From: Octopus sinensis
Lineage: Eukaryota
Reading direction: 5' to 3'
Assembly: GCF_006345805.1 (NCBI RefSeq)
Contig: NC_042999.1
Location: 27,900,001 to 27,964,000 of the forward strand
Length of the DNA stretch: 64,000 nt
Positions 61,008-64,000 of this stretch are shown here, piece after piece. The notes under the pieces were generated by a model. That model was given only the letters and a program-made list of their open reading frames with translations. It did not search any database and was not told the DNA's origin. Numbering within the stretch: the stretch's first letter is position 1; each line of letters opens with the position of its first letter. The position numbers were made by a program, and so were the translations under genes.

Positions 61008-61459
61008 AAAAGAGAGAAAGAGAAAGCATATCTATAATAAATAGTAATCCAGCTATCATCTCAGATCGTTTTGTAAACCAGAGATGAATTGTTCAGTGCA
61101 TCCTTAAACTTCTGGGTCGTTAGACGCCGAGTTGAGGAAAATTTGGATTCTATTTTCAGCAACTCAAACAAGATCAGAAAAATAATAACAGATTTGCAAA
61201 ACCGCCAGGCTTTCAGTAACTGAAAATAGAGATCAAAAGAGCTACTTTCAATTTTGTAGACATTTATCACGGATCGTGTATTTCTACTTTCTAACGGCCG
61301 AGAGACAAAAAATATAAAGCTACTCTTTAAAAATGCAAATAAGATCGTGGCTGACACGACTCATTTCAAAAATAGTACAATATTGGAGTACTGACATTAA
61401 TTACTATAGCGTCAATACCAGTGGATTACGTGTATGCGTTATGTGTGTGTGTGTGTATA

Positions 61460-61665
61460 TCATCATCATCATCATCATTTAATGCCTGTTGTCCATTGTG
61501 GCATGGATTGGAGGTGTGATCAGGGCTGGCAAACTGGAATGAGGGGCTGCACCAGACTCCTGTCTGATTTAGCATGGTTTCTATGGCTGGATGTCCTTCC
61601 TAACGCCAACAATTTTACAGTGTGCTGGGTGCTTTTACGTGCCCCAGCAGGGGCGCTTTTACGTA
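61460..61665 (-). mobile_element. Retroposon 3' tail with (GAT)n end, probably RTE-related
   Basis: (CAT)n followed by ...tggtttctatggctggatgtccttcctaacgccaac; recognition only. Confidence 0.5.
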
Positions 61666-61689
61666 ATGCCTTGTATATATGTATGTATC

Positions 61690-62044
<355 letters not shown>

Positions 62045-62324
62045 GGTGGAGAAAGAAAAAGAGAGAGAAAGTATGTCAAATCTATATATTTAATATGTGC
62101 TGTGAAATTAGGCCCCGAGATTAAGCCACAGAGATTTCAGCAGTTTGGAATCAGAAACAAATAAACTAGTTTTGTCTTCAAAAATATTACCAGAGATTTC
62201 TTTCTTATTCTAGTTACTAAAACGTACCTATGTTTATGAACCCGTAAATATATATATATATATATAATATTTAAAGAGCTTGCTAAACAGTAAACGCAAA
62301 TCTTTCTGCTCGTATGAAAATATA

Positions 62325-62734
62325 CTCTTTTACTCGTTTCAGTCATTTGACTGCGGCCATGCTGGAGCACCGCCTTTAGTCGAGCAACTCGACCCCGGGA
62401 CTTATTCCTTTTGTAAGCCCAGTACTTATTCTATCGGTCTCTTTTTGCCGAACCGCTAAGTGACGGGGACGTAAACACACCAGCATCGGTTGTCAAGCAA
62501 TGCTAGGGGAACAAACACAGACACACAAACACACACACACACACACATACATATATATATATACATATATACGACAGGCTTCTTTCAGTTTCCATCTACC
62601 AAATCCACTCACAAAGCATTGGTCGACCCGGGGCTATAGCAGAAGACACTTGCCCAAGATGCCACGCAGTGGGACTGAACCCGGAACCATGTGGTTGGTA
62701 GACAAGCTACTTACCACACAGCCACTCCTGCGCC
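62325..62734 (-). mobile_element. SINE B, full length, antisense
   Basis: Reverse complement of the B consensus. Confidence 0.9.
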
Positions 62735-62904
62735 TATATTGATTAAAATATTTTTATTTCTTCACCTCGTTTGGAAGACCCGATCTTGTTAAATGAATTT
62801 ATAATCATTTGCATCAAATATAAGATTTTGTTGAAAAACCTTAAAAAAATTCTCACGCAGTACATTACTTTTATACCTCACATAAGTTTTCTTTCTTCAT
62901 TTAG

Positions 62905-63037
62905 ATATAAAGCTGAAATGACAGTGAATGCACCACCCGCAACAGTCTTTGAATACATCGATCCCTGGCCCGATTCACCGAGGCTGAAGTGGGACAACAG
63001 GATGAAAGGTATTGAAACGCTAAAAAAATTCGACAAG
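62905..63037 (+). CDS. STARD5: Internal coding exon (133 nt, phase 2 to 0) of a START-domain lipid-transfer protein, STARD4/5/6 subfamily
   Basis: Acceptor ttttctttcttcatttag| and donor AAG|gtttgt. Encodes YKAEMTVNAPPATVFEYIDPWPDSPRLKWDNRMKGIETLKKFDK, which aligns by eye with the STARD5-type segment YRGEGIV...VWDCVKP...LRVKWDENVTGFEII. Exact paralog uncertain. Confidence 0.75.
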
Positions 63038-63753
63038 GTTTGTTAATAAAGTTTTCTACTTGTATTTTTGTTAAGTGTGGATATTCTTGCTTCATACATT
63101 TATTTGGTTCATATCATAAATGACAGGACAACCTGCTTAGGGTCTTTAATTAACTGCCTATGGTATTATCGAGAATTTTTTGAAATTTTATAATTATTCA
63201 CCGAAGAATTTATAATCTAAAATTAGATGAAATAATCTTTTGCAGATTAGTTCTCTAGATCTCTAGTATTAAGTTATTTGATTAAATAATCGCTTCTTTC
63301 TGCATTTTAGACGTAATCTTAAGTTCGTGCGTCTGAGATAATCTAATTATTCTCGGTAAATTTCTGATAATTCATCCAACGCATTTATGACTTATACAAA
63401 ATGAGATTTAATATTCATCCACTCACCGCCAGGAAACTCAAGCTAATGTCACCTAGCAGTCGTTTAGCTCAGCAGATAAGGAAACATGTACGTGCACTAG
63501 TCTCTTTTTGCCAGTTCACCAACATTTTTACTTCGGGAATATTTCAGAGTATTTTATAAAAAATATACTAATATTTGTAATATGAAGGATTTGTCTTCAT
63601 ACATTATATTTTAGTGTTATCAAAGTTTAGGCCTCTTTAAGTTAATATTCTCAAGAGAAGCTGAAACTGAGCTAACGAAACAAACCACTTATCACTTTGG
63701 CAGTTCCGTTCGCTGACCAAAGTGAGAATGAAGAGTCCAAGAAGACTGATCTT

Positions 63754-64000
63754 GGATCTTTTCGGTTTGAACGGCAGTTTTTAACATAATTTCTAGGTAA
63801 CTAAATAATTTTAAACTTCGTATACTGGTAGAATGTGTTTATAAAACATCTTTTTCTTTTGGCTTTATTGAGAAAATTCTATAGTTTGTAAGATATTTGT
63901 TGTTTTTTCTTCAATTTCTGCAATTTCTATCAATCAATTACGTCCATTGAGGTAAAAAAAAACATTCTGTGCCATATGAATATATCCCTCGTTTAAGAAA
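63754..64000 (-). mobile_element. MITE copy 6 (runs off the window end)
   Basis: TIR GGATCTTTTCGGTTTGAACGGCAGTTTTT plus the body of copies 4 and 5. Confidence 0.9.

Overview
AT-rich, microsatellite-laden eukaryotic (metazoan) DNA. The repeat repertoire resembles octopus/coleoid cephalopod genomes (inferred from recognition, not from a search). Almost all of the window is intronic or intergenic. The only host coding sequence I can support is one internal 133-nt exon of a START-domain lipid-transfer gene (STARD4/5/6 type, 62905-63037, +). The rest is a dense mobile-element landscape: a young 5'-truncated CR1-group LINE with an uninterrupted 783-codon ORF2 remnant, a Tx1/L1-clade LINE inside a (TCTA)n tract, RTE, R4/Dong-like and HERO/NeSL-like fragments, four Penelope-like (GIY-YIG) fossils, Tigger/pogo and Tc1/mariner fossils, a Helentron-like element, six copies of a ~415-bp MITE with 8-bp TSDs, and dozens of tRNA-derived SINEs (families A-G and repeat H are my own labels). 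Most notable: (1) minimal hammerhead-ribozyme motifs in Penelope-derived repeats, including a recurrent core variant; (2) two apparent SINE-LINE partnerships visible within the window (SINE B with the CR1 LINE, with a compensatory 3' hairpin; SINE A with the Tx1 LINE); (3) SINE A multimers sharing one fixed junction at five loci; (4) a Merlin-like MITE carrying a telomere-like G-quadruplex motif. No prokaryotic features, CRISPR arrays, rRNA or bona fide tRNA genes were found. Most ORF-track entries are microsatellite artefacts.
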